A DNA stretch of 64,000 nt, from NCBI GenBank assembly GCA_045863395.1, contig BTVJ01000030.1, positions 1-64,000 on the forward strand, written 5' to 3'. The first letter of the stretch is position 1; every line of letters starts with the position of its first letter. A model generated the notes under the pieces. It did not search any database. It was given only the letters and a program-made list of their open reading frames with translations, and had not been told where the DNA came from. The DNA comes from Myxococcales bacterium (GTDB taxonomy: Bacteria > Myxococcota_A > UBA9042 > JABWCM01 > BTVJ01). Made by a program: the position numbers and the translations under genes. Positions 20,967 to 30,802 of this stretch are shown here, one piece after another.

Positions 20967-22310
20967 CTATGGCGCACCCGGCGGTGGGGCAGGGCGCCCC
21001 GCGTTGCGCGCGGTGCCCTGGTGGCGGGGCCAGCGCGAGGGCGCGGGGCCCGGAGCGCCGCAGTGGAGGGCGACCACCGAGGAGCCCAGGTGCAGGTAGG
21101 TGGTGCCGTCATCTCCCACCACCGGGGCGCCGGCAGCGAGCTCGCCCTCCAGCTCGTGGCGCCAGTGGATCTCTCCGTTCTCGTCCACCAGGATGACCGC
21201 GTGGGGCGAAGCCCCCACTACCGTGAGATCCCCCGCGGCCAGGGACGGAGGTGAGGCAGGCACGAAGTCCCCGAACACGCGCCAGAGGAGCTGCCCGCCC
21301 GGCGTCCACGATTGGACCCGGCTCTCGGCGGTAAGGACCACCTCGTCGGCGGGGCCCACGGCGAGGCCCACCACCATGTCGTTGGCGAGGTCCGTCGGGC
21401 GCTCGATGACCAGCTCCCCCGCGGGGGTCCAGGTGCCGACGCCGAAGCCCTCGAACAGGCCCCCGGGCGTCGGTCCGTGGCCCACCACCACGCGCAGGGT
21501 CCCGTCGCTCGCCACCGCGGGGCCGGCGACCAGCGCGTCACCGTCCGCCGCGCTCCAGGTCCACGCGATGGCGCCCTGTGGCGACGCGGAGGTCAGTCGT
21601 CCCGCGGTGCGCACGAACACCATCCCGTCGTCGAGGATGGTGACCGTTGGGGGAACCGCTCCGGGCACGCCCACGTCGACCGCCATCGCGGCCAGGACCG
21701 CCTGGCTCCCCTCGTCGCGGAGCACCCACAGGCGGCCATCGTCGTCCACCGCAGCGACGAACCCACCCTGCGGGGCCAGAGGCAGGGTCTCCTCGCCGAG
21801 GGCCGGGGTGGAGCGGATGGGTGCCCCTGCGTCCCACGTCCATTTGGTGCCGCCCAGGTGGGTGATGGCGTAGACGCGACCCGTCTCGCCCGCCACGACG
21901 AGGGTCGTCCCGTAGGCGTTGATCGCCGCCCCCGTGAGCTGCTCGCCGGGCATGGCCAGCTCGGACGCGCTCGGCGGCCAGGTCCAATCGAAGGTCCCCG
22001 CTGGCTTGATGCGGTGCAGCCGGCCCGCGCCCGCGGCGTAGACGTTGCCCTTGGCATCGACGGCCAGCGACGAGGGGAGCCCGCCCTCCGGTCGCGTGTA
22101 GGTCCAGCGCAGGTCGCAGGCGGCCGGGTCCCATGGTGGGGCGTCCCCCGTGGGGACGTAGGGCAGCTCGGGCTCGATGGAGCCATCGAAGGCGACGACG
22201 GTGTCGGGGAGGGCGTCGAAGCCGGCGTCGCCGGGAGTGGTGGCGGCGTCACCCCCACAGGAGGCCAGCAGCAGGCAGATGGCGATGGTGCGACGTGTCA
22301 CGGAGCGCAC
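20967..22310 (-). CDS. PQQ-like beta-propeller lipoprotein
   Basis: LLASC lipobox, repeated G.xxW blades, and a C-terminal SRWPRHQGTARNAG motif. Confidence 0.72.
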   Translation of the reverse strand: MRSVTRRTIAICLLLASCGGDAATTPGDAGFDALPDTVVAFDGSIEPELPYVPTGDAPPWDPAACDLRWTYTRPEGGLPSSLAVDAKGNVYAAGAGRLHRIKPAGTFDWTWPPSASELAMPGEQLTGAAINAYGTTLVVAGETGRVYAITHLGGTKWTWDAGAPIRSTPALGEETLPLAPQGGFVAAVDDDGRLWVLRDEGSQAVLAAMAVDVGVPGAVPPTVTILDDGMVFVRTAGRLTSASPQGAIAWTWSAADGDALVAGPAVASDGTLRVVVGHGPTPGGLFEGFGVGTWTPAGELVIERPTDLANDMVVGLAVGPADEVVLTAESRVQSWTPGGQLLWRVFGDFVPASPPSLAAGDLTVVGASPHAVILVDENGEIHWRHELEGELAAGAPVVGDDGTTYLHLGSSVVALHCGAPGPAPSRWPRHQGTARNAGRPAPPPGAP

Positions 22311-22337
22311 GGTACCAGAGAAGCAGGCGAAGGTCGC

Positions 22338-23162
22338 CTACTGAATCGACATGCCGCCGCTCTTGACGCACTCGTCGAAGGCGGGGTTGCTCGCCCACCC
22401 GCAGCCGCCGTCCGCCGTGGCGCCGCAGCTCGTGAGCTTGTAGCAGGCGTAGACCGGGTTCCACTCGCAGGTGCTGAACATGGGCTCGGGCGCGCAGATC
22501 TGGCCCGAGCAGCCGCTGACGACGCACGAGGTAGGCTTGTCGCACTTGCACTGACCCCAGCAGGGGGCCACGAGGCAGGGGGCGGCGCTCATGTCGCACC
22601 AGCACCCCTCCTTGCAGTCACCGTCCCACCAGCACATGGACGGGCCCGGGTCGCAGGAGCAGGCGCCGCCGATGCAGGAGCAGCCCTCGCCGCACTCCTT
22701 GTCGGCGACGCAGCCCTGGGGCTGGCAGAAGCACTCCATGAGGCATGGGATGGGGGGCACCTTGCCGCCGCCCCCGACACAGTTGCCCGTGCAGACGCAG
22801 GCCTCGCCGGCCTTGCAGTCGCTGTCGGCCCAGCAGAGGGGCAGCGGCTGGTCGGGGATGCAGGAGCAGGAGGTCCAGCACCCACTGGAGTCGCACGTCT
22901 CGGCGCACTGGCAGCTCTCGCCCTTGGCGCAGGTCGTGTCGCAGGTGGGGGGCTCGACCTTGCACTCCCAGAGGCAGGTGGCGTCGTCGGTGCACGTCCA
23001 GGCGCCGGCGCAGTCGGGGTGGATCAGGCCCTCACAGTCCTTCGGTCCGTCGCAGAGGGGCTCCTCGGGGAGCGGGGCGGGCTGGCACTTGCCCGGCGCC
23101 ATGGCGAGCACGGCGAACGCGAGCAGCGCGGGGATGGAGAGTGCGTGCGACAGCTTGCTCAT
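22338..23162 (-). CDS. Secreted Cys-rich protein with a C-terminal eight-cysteine-cluster-like domain
   Basis: Signal peptide, CxxDxDC repeats, and CVVSGCSGQICA...STCEWNPVYACYK...C...CGW. Confidence 0.7.
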   Translation of the reverse strand: MSKLSHALSIPALLAFAVLAMAPGKCQPAPLPEEPLCDGPKDCEGLIHPDCAGAWTCTDDATCLWECKVEPPTCDTTCAKGESCQCAETCDSSGCWTSCSCIPDQPLPLCWADSDCKAGEACVCTGNCVGGGGKVPPIPCLMECFCQPQGCVADKECGEGCSCIGGACSCDPGPSMCWWDGDCKEGCWCDMSAAPCLVAPCWGQCKCDKPTSCVVSGCSGQICAPEPMFSTCEWNPVYACYKLTSCGATADGGCGWASNPAFDECVKSGGMSIQ

Positions 23163-23233
23163 GGTGTGACCTCCGTGCGGCAGACTGCCTCTACCCTACG
23201 CCCGACGGGCCCGAGATTTCAAGGATGGCCGGG

Positions 23234-23500
23234 TCAGGTGCCGCCAGAGCCGTTCAGCTCGAAGTACTTGCAGAAGACGAAGGCGCCGTCCGCGTCGCGG
23301 CAGCGGTGGGGGCCGTCGCCGAAGTGCTCCTTGGGCCAGCCCTGGGAGCATCGGTCGCCCACGGGGTCGTAGTGCTCGCAGTCCTCGCAGCGGTAGCGCA
23401 GGTCGTAGCGGTCCCGCTCCAGCCGGAAGCGGGTGTTGACCGGGTCCACCGCCGCGCGAGGGATCGGGCCTCCGGGCAGGGCAGGGCCATTGCGGCTCAC
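23234..23500 (-). CDS. Small Cys/His-rich hypothetical protein
   Basis: YRCEDCEHYD...C...H...HRC...FCKYFE; the GTG start overlaps the upstream stop. Confidence 0.6.
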   Translation of the reverse strand: MSRNGPALPGGPIPRAAVDPVNTRFRLERDRYDLRYRCEDCEHYDPVGDRCSQGWPKEHFGDGPHRCRDADGAFVFCKYFELNGSGGT

Positions 23501-24216
23501 GGGGTCGTTCCCGGGGCGCCCCGCCCCGCGCCGTGCGCCAGCAGCTCCGTGCGGACCAGCTCCACCTTGGCGCAGGCGACCTCCCCGATGCACCGCTCCC
23601 GCGCCGCGTCCAGGGCCGCCCACGCCTCGTCGAGGCGCCCTGCGCGGCCAAGCGCCTGGGCGCGGACGGCTCGGAGGTGCCAGGAGTCTTCGTCGTGGGG
23701 CTCGCCAAGAAGGGCCAACGCCCGATCCGCGTCGCCCAGCTCCATGGCGACCACGGCCCGCGCGGGCGCGACCCGGGAGTCCGGGTCGCCCTCCAGCGCG
23801 TCGAGCAGGTGCGCCGCCCCGGCCACGTCGCCGGTCTTGCAGCGGGAGTCCGCCCAGGCGAGGGCGGCCGCGGGGACGTACACGAAGTCGTCACCCACGG
23901 TGCGCAGGACGGGGTTCTTGCCGGTGACCAGGTCCTGCAGGAACCGCCGGATCTTCTCGTTCGGGACCTTGGTGCCCCGCGGCGCATGAAAGAGCTTTGC
24001 CACCCGGCTCGCGATGTCTGCCGCCTCCTTGTCGAAGGCCTTGGCGGCGGCCGCGTGCTGCCCGGCCAGGTAGCGCCCGAAGGCGTTGCGCAGCGGGCCC
24101 CTGCGGGCGATGGGCTCCTCGCCGCTGACCCGCGCCTCCAGCAGGGCGCACCGAGGCGTCTGGGCCCGGAGGGGCGGGGCGAGCAGGACCAGGAGCGCGA
24201 TGAGCAGGACTCGCAT
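23497..24216 (-). CDS. Secreted TPR-like helical protein
   Basis: Signal peptide MRVLLIALLVLLAPPLRA and TPR-like helices (RAQALGRAGRLDEAWAAL). Confidence 0.65.
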   Translation of the reverse strand: MRVLLIALLVLLAPPLRAQTPRCALLEARVSGEEPIARRGPLRNAFGRYLAGQHAAAAKAFDKEAADIASRVAKLFHAPRGTKVPNEKIRRFLQDLVTGKNPVLRTVGDDFVYVPAAALAWADSRCKTGDVAGAAHLLDALEGDPDSRVAPARAVVAMELGDADRALALLGEPHDEDSWHLRAVRAQALGRAGRLDEAWAALDAARERCIGEVACAKVELVRTELLAHGAGRGAPGTTP

Positions 24217-24284
24217 GGGCCGGAACCTAGCAGAGTGGCCCGGCGCCTTGCAATCGGGCGCCCGGCGTGCCAGCCTCTGGACCC

Positions 24285-25034
24285 ATGCGCGCCCTGCTCC
24301 TCGCCCTGACCACGCTGACCGTCCTGGCTCCCCTCGCCGCAGCCGACGAGCCCCCCCGCATCGCCGAGCCTGGCGACATCCCCGCGGCGCCGCCGGACGT
24401 GGAGGAGTCGCACGTGCGCATGAAGCGCACGGGCGGGCTGTCCCCCTTCGAGCAGGTCGAGGACACGGTGGTCCTGCGGGGCGCGACGCCGACGGCGATC
24501 CACTCGAAGGACGTGGTCAACCAGAGCGAGCACCAGAACCGCATGGCGCTGCTGACCCTCGACGAGTACCGGGCGCTGCTCGACGCCTTGGAGGCGCTGG
24601 ACATCCTGATTCTGCGAGACTTCGCGCTGAGCCCGCGGCGCGACGACGTGCCGACGTACACGGTCGAGTACCAGCGCAACGGGCGCAGGAACTCTGTCCG
24701 CATCCACGGCCTCGCCTGGTCGCCGGACCCGCGTCACCGCGCGGTGGTGGAGCTGATCCGGCGCACCGTGCGGGAGAAGGCCGGGGACATCCCGTTCCGC
24801 AACGTGTTCTTCGACGCCGGGGAGGTCGGTTGGCTCAACCTGGAGACCCGGCCGGCGGCACAGGTGGAGTTCGACGGAGTGGACACCCGCGAGAGGACCC
24901 CCCTCTACGCCTGGGAGCTGCCGCGGGGGAACCACACGGTGCGCCTCGTGGACGAGGAGCGCGGCATCGACCGGAGCTTCGACTTCGTCATCGAGGCGGG
25001 GATGACCACCATCCTCAACGTGGATCTCTGGTAG
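24285..25034 (+). CDS. Secreted protein with a C-terminal PEGA domain
   Basis: Signal peptide and GWLNLETRPAAQVEFDG...TPLYAWELPRGNHTVRL. Confidence 0.7.
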   Translation: MRALLLALTTLTVLAPLAAADEPPRIAEPGDIPAAPPDVEESHVRMKRTGGLSPFEQVEDTVVLRGATPTAIHSKDVVNQSEHQNRMALLTLDEYRALLDALEALDILILRDFALSPRRDDVPTYTVEYQRNGRRNSVRIHGLAWSPDPRHRAVVELIRRTVREKAGDIPFRNVFFDAGEVGWLNLETRPAAQVEFDGVDTRERTPLYAWELPRGNHTVRLVDEERGIDRSFDFVIEAGMTTILNVDLW

Positions 25035-25422
25035 CGGCGGCACCCACCGGCGTCGTGGGCCCCTGAGCCTCCAGCACGTCGATCCATCGGAGCACCTCGT
25101 CCAGCGAGAAGGGCTTGGCCAGCACCCCGAGCGCCCCCGCCTGGCGCGCGCGCGCCTCGTAGGCGGGCCCCGACATGGACGTACACATGATGACCCGCGT
25201 CTCCGCCGCACCCTGCGAGCTCGTGATGGCCTCGGCGATGGAGAGGCCGTCCCCGCCGGGCATCTCGTGGTCCAGGAGGGCGAGATCGAAGGCACCCGTC
25301 AGCGCGAGGCGCCGGCCCTCGACCGCGTCGGAAGCCTCCGTGACGGTGTGTCCGCGTCCCTTGAGGAGGCGGTTCATCAGAGTGCGGATGAGGAGCTCGT
25401 CATCTACGATCAAGATGTTCAT
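25015..25422 (-). CDS. Single-domain response regulator
   Basis: ILIVDDE, DLALLDHEMPGGDG and LAKPF motifs. Confidence 0.9.
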   Translation of the reverse strand: MNILIVDDELLIRTLMNRLLKGRGHTVTEASDAVEGRRLALTGAFDLALLDHEMPGGDGLSIAEAITSSQGAAETRVIMCTSMSGPAYEARARQAGALGVLAKPFSLDEVLRWIDVLEAQGPTTPVGAAATRDPR

Positions 25423-25616
25423 CGTTCGACCCCTGTGTGTGGCATCGCCACCCCCGACCCTCTCTCTGTGTGACAGGGGCTCCCGAATTGATCACCAAAT
25501 CGTCGGGGTCGCTGCGGCGGTGGCTCGGGAACCCTTGACCATGCTCACGGGGGCCTGATAGCCTCGGTTCCCCCGAAGCATGTGGCGTCCACTGCACCAA
25601 CCAGGAGGCGAAGGGG

Positions 25617-26006
25617 ATGGCGACGCGAGAGGACATCGAGAGCTACATCGTGCGGCTTGGCATGCCGTACGAGGAGGTCGACACGGGCCTCTGGATCATC
25701 CACGACGAGCACGACGGCATCGACAACCTCGTCATCCACTTCGCGCCGCCTGTCGCGGTGTTCCGGGTCAAGCTCATGGACCTGGACGGTGACCACCCGG
25801 CGCTCTATCGCCGCCTGCTGGAGCTCAACGCCAGCGACATGGTCAGCGGGGCCTACGGCATCGAGAACAACAGCGTCGTGTGCGTCGAGTCGCTCCAGGT
25901 GGAGAACCTGGACTTCAACGAGTTCCAGGCGGCCGTCGACTCCCTGTCGCTGGCGATCACCGACCACTACGAGACCCTGCGCGCCGTCCTGGCCGGCGCT
26001 GCGTGA
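25617..26006 (+). CDS. CesT/YbjN-type (T3SS chaperone-like) protein
   Basis: Acidic 129-aa protein with LYRRLLELNASDMVSGAYGI...ENLDFNEFQAAVDSL; directly upstream of pspA. Confidence 0.72.
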   Translation: MATREDIESYIVRLGMPYEEVDTGLWIIHDEHDGIDNLVIHFAPPVAVFRVKLMDLDGDHPALYRRLLELNASDMVSGAYGIENNSVVCVESLQVENLDFNEFQAAVDSLSLAITDHYETLRAVLAGAA

Positions 26007-26019
26007 TGCGGAGGCACCC

Positions 26020-26850
26020 ATGAGCTTCTTCCAGCGTGTCAAGCTGATCCTGTCGTCCAACATCAACGCGATCATCTCGAAGGCGGAGGATCCGGAGAAG
26101 ATCCTCGAGCAGCTCATCATCGAGATGCGCGAGCAGTTCGCCGAGGCCAAGAAGCAGGTCGCGGCCACGATCGCCGACGAGAAGCGCCTCGAGCGGCAGT
26201 ACACCGACGAGTCCGCCAAGGCCCAGGAGTGGGAGAAGAAGGCCATGCTCGCCGTTCGCGCGGGCAACGACGACCTGGCCCGCAAGGCGCTGCTCCGCAA
26301 GCAGGAGCACGACGGCATCGCGGCGGGCTTCAAGACCCAGTGGGACGCCCAGAAGGACGCCACCGAGAAGCTGAAGCAGGCGCTGCACCAGCTCAACGAC
26401 AAGATCGAAGAGGCGCGGCGCAAGAAGGACCTGCTCATCGCCCGGTCGAAGCGCGCCGAGGCCCAGAAGAAGATCCACAACACCATGAGCGGGCTGACGG
26501 ACAACGGCGCCTTCGACACCTTCGAGCGGATGGCCGCCAAGGTGGAGCAGAAGGAGGCCGAGGGGCTCGCCAGCGTCGAGCTGCTACACGAGCTGTCGGG
26601 CTCGGACCTGGACTCCCAGTTCAAGCAGCTCGAGGCGTCCAGCAAGGGCGACGACCTGCTGGCGGCGCTCAAGTCCAAGATGGGGACCTCACAGCCTGCC
26701 GCCCTCCCCGCTGCGGTGGCGCCGATCGCTGCCGTGGAGGCGGACCCCCTGGACGCCGAGCTCGAGCGCCTCAAGGCGCTCACCGAGGGCCGCATGCCCG
26801 CGGGGCTCGAGGAGGTGTCCGAGAAGGACCCCGTGGTCGCGAGGCCCTGA
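26020..26850 (+). CDS. pspA: PspA/IM30 family protein
   Basis: MSFFQRVKLILSSNINAIISKAEDPEKILEQLI, a long coiled coil, and FERMAAKV. Confidence 0.93.
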   Translation: MSFFQRVKLILSSNINAIISKAEDPEKILEQLIIEMREQFAEAKKQVAATIADEKRLERQYTDESAKAQEWEKKAMLAVRAGNDDLARKALLRKQEHDGIAAGFKTQWDAQKDATEKLKQALHQLNDKIEEARRKKDLLIARSKRAEAQKKIHNTMSGLTDNGAFDTFERMAAKVEQKEAEGLASVELLHELSGSDLDSQFKQLEASSKGDDLLAALKSKMGTSQPAALPAAVAPIAAVEADPLDAELERLKALTEGRMPAGLEEVSEKDPVVARP

Positions 26851-26855
26851 CGCCC

Positions 26856-28175
26856 GTGCACCTGCGCCCCGTCCCCGTCGCCACCTCCCTTCCCAGCCTG
26901 TACCGACTCATCGAAGCCTCCGGGGACCACCCGTTCTGGCTGGACAGCGGGCCCGCGCCCGGTCCCCACGCGCGGTGGTGGGCCATGGGCGCAGGTCCCG
27001 CCGAGGTGGCGACAGCTCCGGTCGAGGGGGTCGGAGAGGTGATTCGCAGCCTGGTGGGGGAGGTGGTCCCCGCGGACCGGGTCGCCCCCCTGTGGGTGGG
27101 GATGTTGAGCTACGAGGCCGGGGCCTGGGCGGACCCGGCCATTGCTCGGGCGGGCGGGGACGACCCCACCGGGGTGCCTTGCGCGTGGTGGGGGCGCTAC
27201 GGCGCGGTGGTGGTCGGGGCTGCCGGGGGGTGCTACGTGGTGGGGGATGATGCCACGGGTGTCGACCGCCTGGAGCTTCTGGTAGCCGGGGCGCAGCTCG
27301 CGCCGCCCGCGCCCGCGGAGCCTCCCGCGGGACCCTGGATCGACGCGCTCCGCCCCGCGCGCTCCGACGCGCAGCTCGCCGCGGCGATCCGTCGTGTGCT
27401 CGGGTGGATCGAGGCCGGCGACGTCTATCAGGCCAACGTCACGCGGCGATTCTCGGGGACGCTCGTGGCCGGCGTCACGCCAGCCGACCTCTTTGAGCGC
27501 CTCCGCTCACTTGGCCCCGTCCCCTACGCGGCTCTGCTGGACCTTGGCGCGCAGGCGGTGGTCAGCCTCTCCCCCGAGTGCTTCCTCGACGTCGACCTGG
27601 CGACGCGGCGGGTGGTGACGTGCCCCATCAAGGGGACCCGCCCGAGGGGTGCGACGGAGGCGGAGGACCGCGCGCTGGCGTCGGAGCTGCGCGCCGACCC
27701 GAAGGAGCTGGCCGAGCACGTGATGATCGTCGACCTGGAGCGAAACGATCTGGGGCGCGTCTGCGAGGTCGGCAGCGTGGTGGTGGATGAGCGGTGGCCG
27801 GTGGTGTCCTTCCCCGGGGTCCACCACCTGGTGTCCACGGTGAGCGGGCGCCTGCGGGCGGGAGTGGGCCTCGACTCCGTGCTGCGCGCCACATTCCCCT
27901 GCGGCTCCATCACCGGCGCCCCGAAGGTGCGGGCGTGCCAGGTCATCGCCGAGGTGGAGGGGGAGCCGCGCGGCGTCTACTGCGGCGCCATCGGGTGGGT
28001 CGATCCACGGGGGCGCGCCGGGTTCAGCGTGCCCATCCGCACCGGCGTCGTCCGGGGGAGGACGCTTCACGTCCACGCGGGGGGGGGCATCGTGGCGGAC
28101 AGCGACCCGGAGCGGGAGGTGGCCGAGGGGCGGCTCAAGCTCGGGACGTGGATGCGGGCGTTGGGGCTTCAGTAG
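26856..28175 (+). CDS. pabB: Aminodeoxychorismate synthase component I (anthranilate synthase I family)
   Basis: AGDVYQAN, SLSPECFL, PIKGTRPR, KELAEHVMIVDLERNDLGRV and FPCGSITGAPK motifs. Start is approximate. Confidence 0.85.
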   Translation: MHLRPVPVATSLPSLYRLIEASGDHPFWLDSGPAPGPHARWWAMGAGPAEVATAPVEGVGEVIRSLVGEVVPADRVAPLWVGMLSYEAGAWADPAIARAGGDDPTGVPCAWWGRYGAVVVGAAGGCYVVGDDATGVDRLELLVAGAQLAPPAPAEPPAGPWIDALRPARSDAQLAAAIRRVLGWIEAGDVYQANVTRRFSGTLVAGVTPADLFERLRSLGPVPYAALLDLGAQAVVSLSPECFLDVDLATRRVVTCPIKGTRPRGATEAEDRALASELRADPKELAEHVMIVDLERNDLGRVCEVGSVVVDERWPVVSFPGVHHLVSTVSGRLRAGVGLDSVLRATFPCGSITGAPKVRACQVIAEVEGEPRGVYCGAIGWVDPRGRAGFSVPIRTGVVRGRTLHVHAGGGIVADSDPEREVAEGRLKLGTWMRALGLQ

Positions 28176-29080
28176 GTGGGGGGCGCTGCGGTGAGGGCGT
28201 CGACCACGGCCGCGCGCATGACCTCGACGGGCGCGGCGCGGCCCGTCCAGCGCTCCAGGGCGATCGCCCCCTGGTGGACCAACATGCCGAGCCCCTCGTG
28301 GCCGCGCGCTCCCCGGCGCGCCCCTGCCGCCAGGAAGGCCGTCTCGCGAGGCGTGTAGACCAGGTCCGAGAACACGGTGTCTGGACACGGGCGTTGGGGC
28401 AGCAGCGCCTCCCACACCTCCTCGGCCAGCCGCCACGCCTCGGTCCCCGGGCTGGCGCCCATGCCCAAGGGAGTCGCCTGCACCACCAGCCCGGGGGCGT
28501 CCTCGTCCGGCGACCAGACGGGGCGCCCGAGCCCGCGGGTCTCGACGGTGGCGCCCGGAGACGTCTCGCACAGATCCCGCGCCAGGGCCTCTGCCCGCCC
28601 GGGGTCGCGCGCGGCGATGCGCAACGTCGCTCCAGCCTCCACGGCGGCGAAGGCGACGGCGCGGGCCGCTCCCCCGGCCCCGATGAGGGTGACGCTGCCG
28701 GGGATCGGGCCGTGGTCTTGGATGAAGGACCGCGTCCACCCCGCGCCGTCCGTGTTGGTGCCGACGAGCCCCTGGGGGGTGACGAGCACGGTGTTGACGG
28801 CGCCGACGCGCGCCGCGGCAGGCTCCAAGGCGTCGAGCAGGGGGAGGGCCGCGACCTTGTGGGGGACCGTGAGGTTGAGCCCGGCGAGGCCCAGGCACCG
28901 CGCCCCGTCCAGCGCCGCGGCCAGGTCCCCGGGGGCGACGGGGAGCGCCACATACACCCAGTCCAAGCCGAGGGCTTGGAAGGCCGCGTTGTGCATGGCG
29001 GGCGAGCGGCTGTGGGTGACGGGCCAGCCGAGGACGGCTGCGACGCGCGTGGTACCGGAGACGCGAGGGGGGGCGGTCAC
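28169..29080 (-). CDS. aroE: Shikimate dehydrogenase
   Basis: HSRSPAMHN, NLTVPHK, GAVNT, NTDG, GAGGAARA, DLVYTP and GMLVHQG motifs. Confidence 0.95.
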   Translation of the reverse strand: MTAPPRVSGTTRVAAVLGWPVTHSRSPAMHNAAFQALGLDWVYVALPVAPGDLAAALDGARCLGLAGLNLTVPHKVAALPLLDALEPAAARVGAVNTVLVTPQGLVGTNTDGAGWTRSFIQDHGPIPGSVTLIGAGGAARAVAFAAVEAGATLRIAARDPGRAEALARDLCETSPGATVETRGLGRPVWSPDEDAPGLVVQATPLGMGASPGTEAWRLAEEVWEALLPQRPCPDTVFSDLVYTPRETAFLAAGARRGARGHEGLGMLVHQGAIALERWTGRAAPVEVMRAAVVDALTAAPPTY

Positions 29081-30018
29081 CGGGCGCGCTCCCGGACCGC
29101 CTCCACGTCACGCCGGATCTGGGCGACGAGGGCGTCCACCCCGTCGAAGCGCTGCTCGTCCCGCAGCCGCGACACGAACGACAGGGCGATGCGCCGGTCG
29201 TACAGGTCCAAGGTGGTGTCCAGGACGTGGGCCTCGATGGCCAGCGCGCGGACGCCAAAGGTGGGACGGTGCCCCACGTTGACCACGGCGACGCGGGGGG
29301 GCTCCCCCGGGAGCGTATCGGAGGCCAGGACGGACAGCCGCGCCTCGTAGACCCCGGGCTTGGGGATCAGCGTCTCCGCGGGGCGCAGGTTGGCGGTCGG
29401 GAACCCGATGTGCCGGCCCCGCCCGTCGCCGCGGACGACGGGCCCGGTGAGGGTATGTGGGCGGCTCAGCATGGCGGCGGCCCGCTCCACCCGCCCCTCG
29501 AGAACCGCGTGGCGCACCGCCGACGACGAGATGCGCTCGTCGTCCAGGAGCACGGCGGGCACCAGCTCCACCTCGAACCCCAGGGCGCGGCCCCGCGCGG
29601 AGAGCATGCCTACGTCCCCCCGCCGGCCGCGCCCGAACCGGGAGTCGCCGCCGAGGACCACGTGGCGCGCCCGCAGCAAGCGGCCTAGCACCCCGTCGAT
29701 GAAGTCCTCGGCCTCCATGGACCAGAGCCGCTCGTCGAAGGGGATGACCAGCGCCGATTCGACTCCGTGGTCCGCCAGGAGACCGAGGCGGGTCTCGAGC
29801 GTCGTGATGCGGTGGAAGTCCTTGTCCGGGCGCAAGACCTGCACCGGGTGGGGGTCGAAGAGCGCGACGAGGGGCTGGGCGCCGTGGTGTCGCGCTGCCT
29901 CCACCAGCCGCGCGAGGATGGCCTGGTGTCCCCTGTGCACTCCGTCGTAGTTCCCGAAGGTGACCACGTTTGGCCCGAAGGGGCTCGGTTCATGGTCGAT
30001 GCCGCGGACGACTCTCAT
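29077..30018 (-). CDS. ribF: Bifunctional riboflavin kinase/FAD synthetase
   Basis: GNYDGVHRGHQ, ISSSAVR, GRHIGFPTAN, NVGHRPTF and EAHVLD motifs. Confidence 0.96.
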   Translation of the reverse strand: MRVVRGIDHEPSPFGPNVVTFGNYDGVHRGHQAILARLVEAARHHGAQPLVALFDPHPVQVLRPDKDFHRITTLETRLGLLADHGVESALVIPFDERLWSMEAEDFIDGVLGRLLRARHVVLGGDSRFGRGRRGDVGMLSARGRALGFEVELVPAVLLDDERISSSAVRHAVLEGRVERAAAMLSRPHTLTGPVVRGDGRGRHIGFPTANLRPAETLIPKPGVYEARLSVLASDTLPGEPPRVAVVNVGHRPTFGVRALAIEAHVLDTTLDLYDRRIALSFVSRLRDEQRFDGVDALVAQIRRDVEAVRERAR

Positions 30019-30220
30019 CGTGCCTCGTGATCTGAAAGGGTCCCACAGGGGGGCTCCAAGGTCCCCGACTGGCGCGGACCTATCTTAGCGCAACCTGGGA
30101 CACCCTCAAGCTGGACTTGCGATCCCTGCCGGCTGTTGCCCTGGGGCCGGGCTTCACCTTGACCGCCCTCGGCGCCGCGTGCTATCGCTCCCCCAGCGCT
30201 CGCAGAGGGCTAGTGAAGAC

Positions 30221-30802
30221 GTGAGGATCATCGCCGGACAGCGGAAGGGGCTCACGCTTCGGGTCCCGCGAGGCACGAAGGTGCGCCCCACGCCCCAGCG
30301 GGTGCGGGAGTCGCTCTTCAGCGTGCTGGGCGACCGGGTCGAGGGCGCGCGCGTGCTCGACCTCTTCGCGGGCTCGGGGGCCCTCGGCCTGGAGTGCCTG
30401 TCCCGTGGGGCCGCCAGCGCAGTGTTCGTCGAGCGGGATCGTGCGGTCGCGGCGGTGCTACGGCAGAACGTCGAGTCCGCGGGCGCCGCGAGGTGCCAGG
30501 TGCTGGTGCGGGAGGCATCGTCGGCGGTGCGCGACCTGGGCCGCCAGGGCGCGCGCTTCGATCTGGTGTTCCTGGACCCCCCCTACGGGCGCGGCCTGGT
30601 GGAACCTACGGTCGAGGCGCTGGGGGCGGCAGGGCTGGTCGCCCCGGATGGCCTGGTGGTGGTGGACCACCCAGCCGGTGAGCCGCCCGGTCCACGGATT
30701 GGCTCGCTGGTCCTCGTTGACCGGCGGGTGTTCGGTGATACGGCCGTGGCGATGTTCGCCCCGGCGCAGGGGCCCGACGAAGCACCATCACAGGAGCACA
30801 CC
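30221..30802 (+). CDS. rsmD: 16S rRNA (guanine966-N2)-methyltransferase RsmD; has no stop and continues in frame into coaD
   Basis: RIIAG...[30 protein letters not shown] and FLDPPY motifs. Confidence 0.9.

Noticed and set aside
30019..30220. Possible FMN riboswitch near ribF or the rib operon
   Set aside because: No RFN consensus segments were recognised here or upstream of nrdR/ribD.
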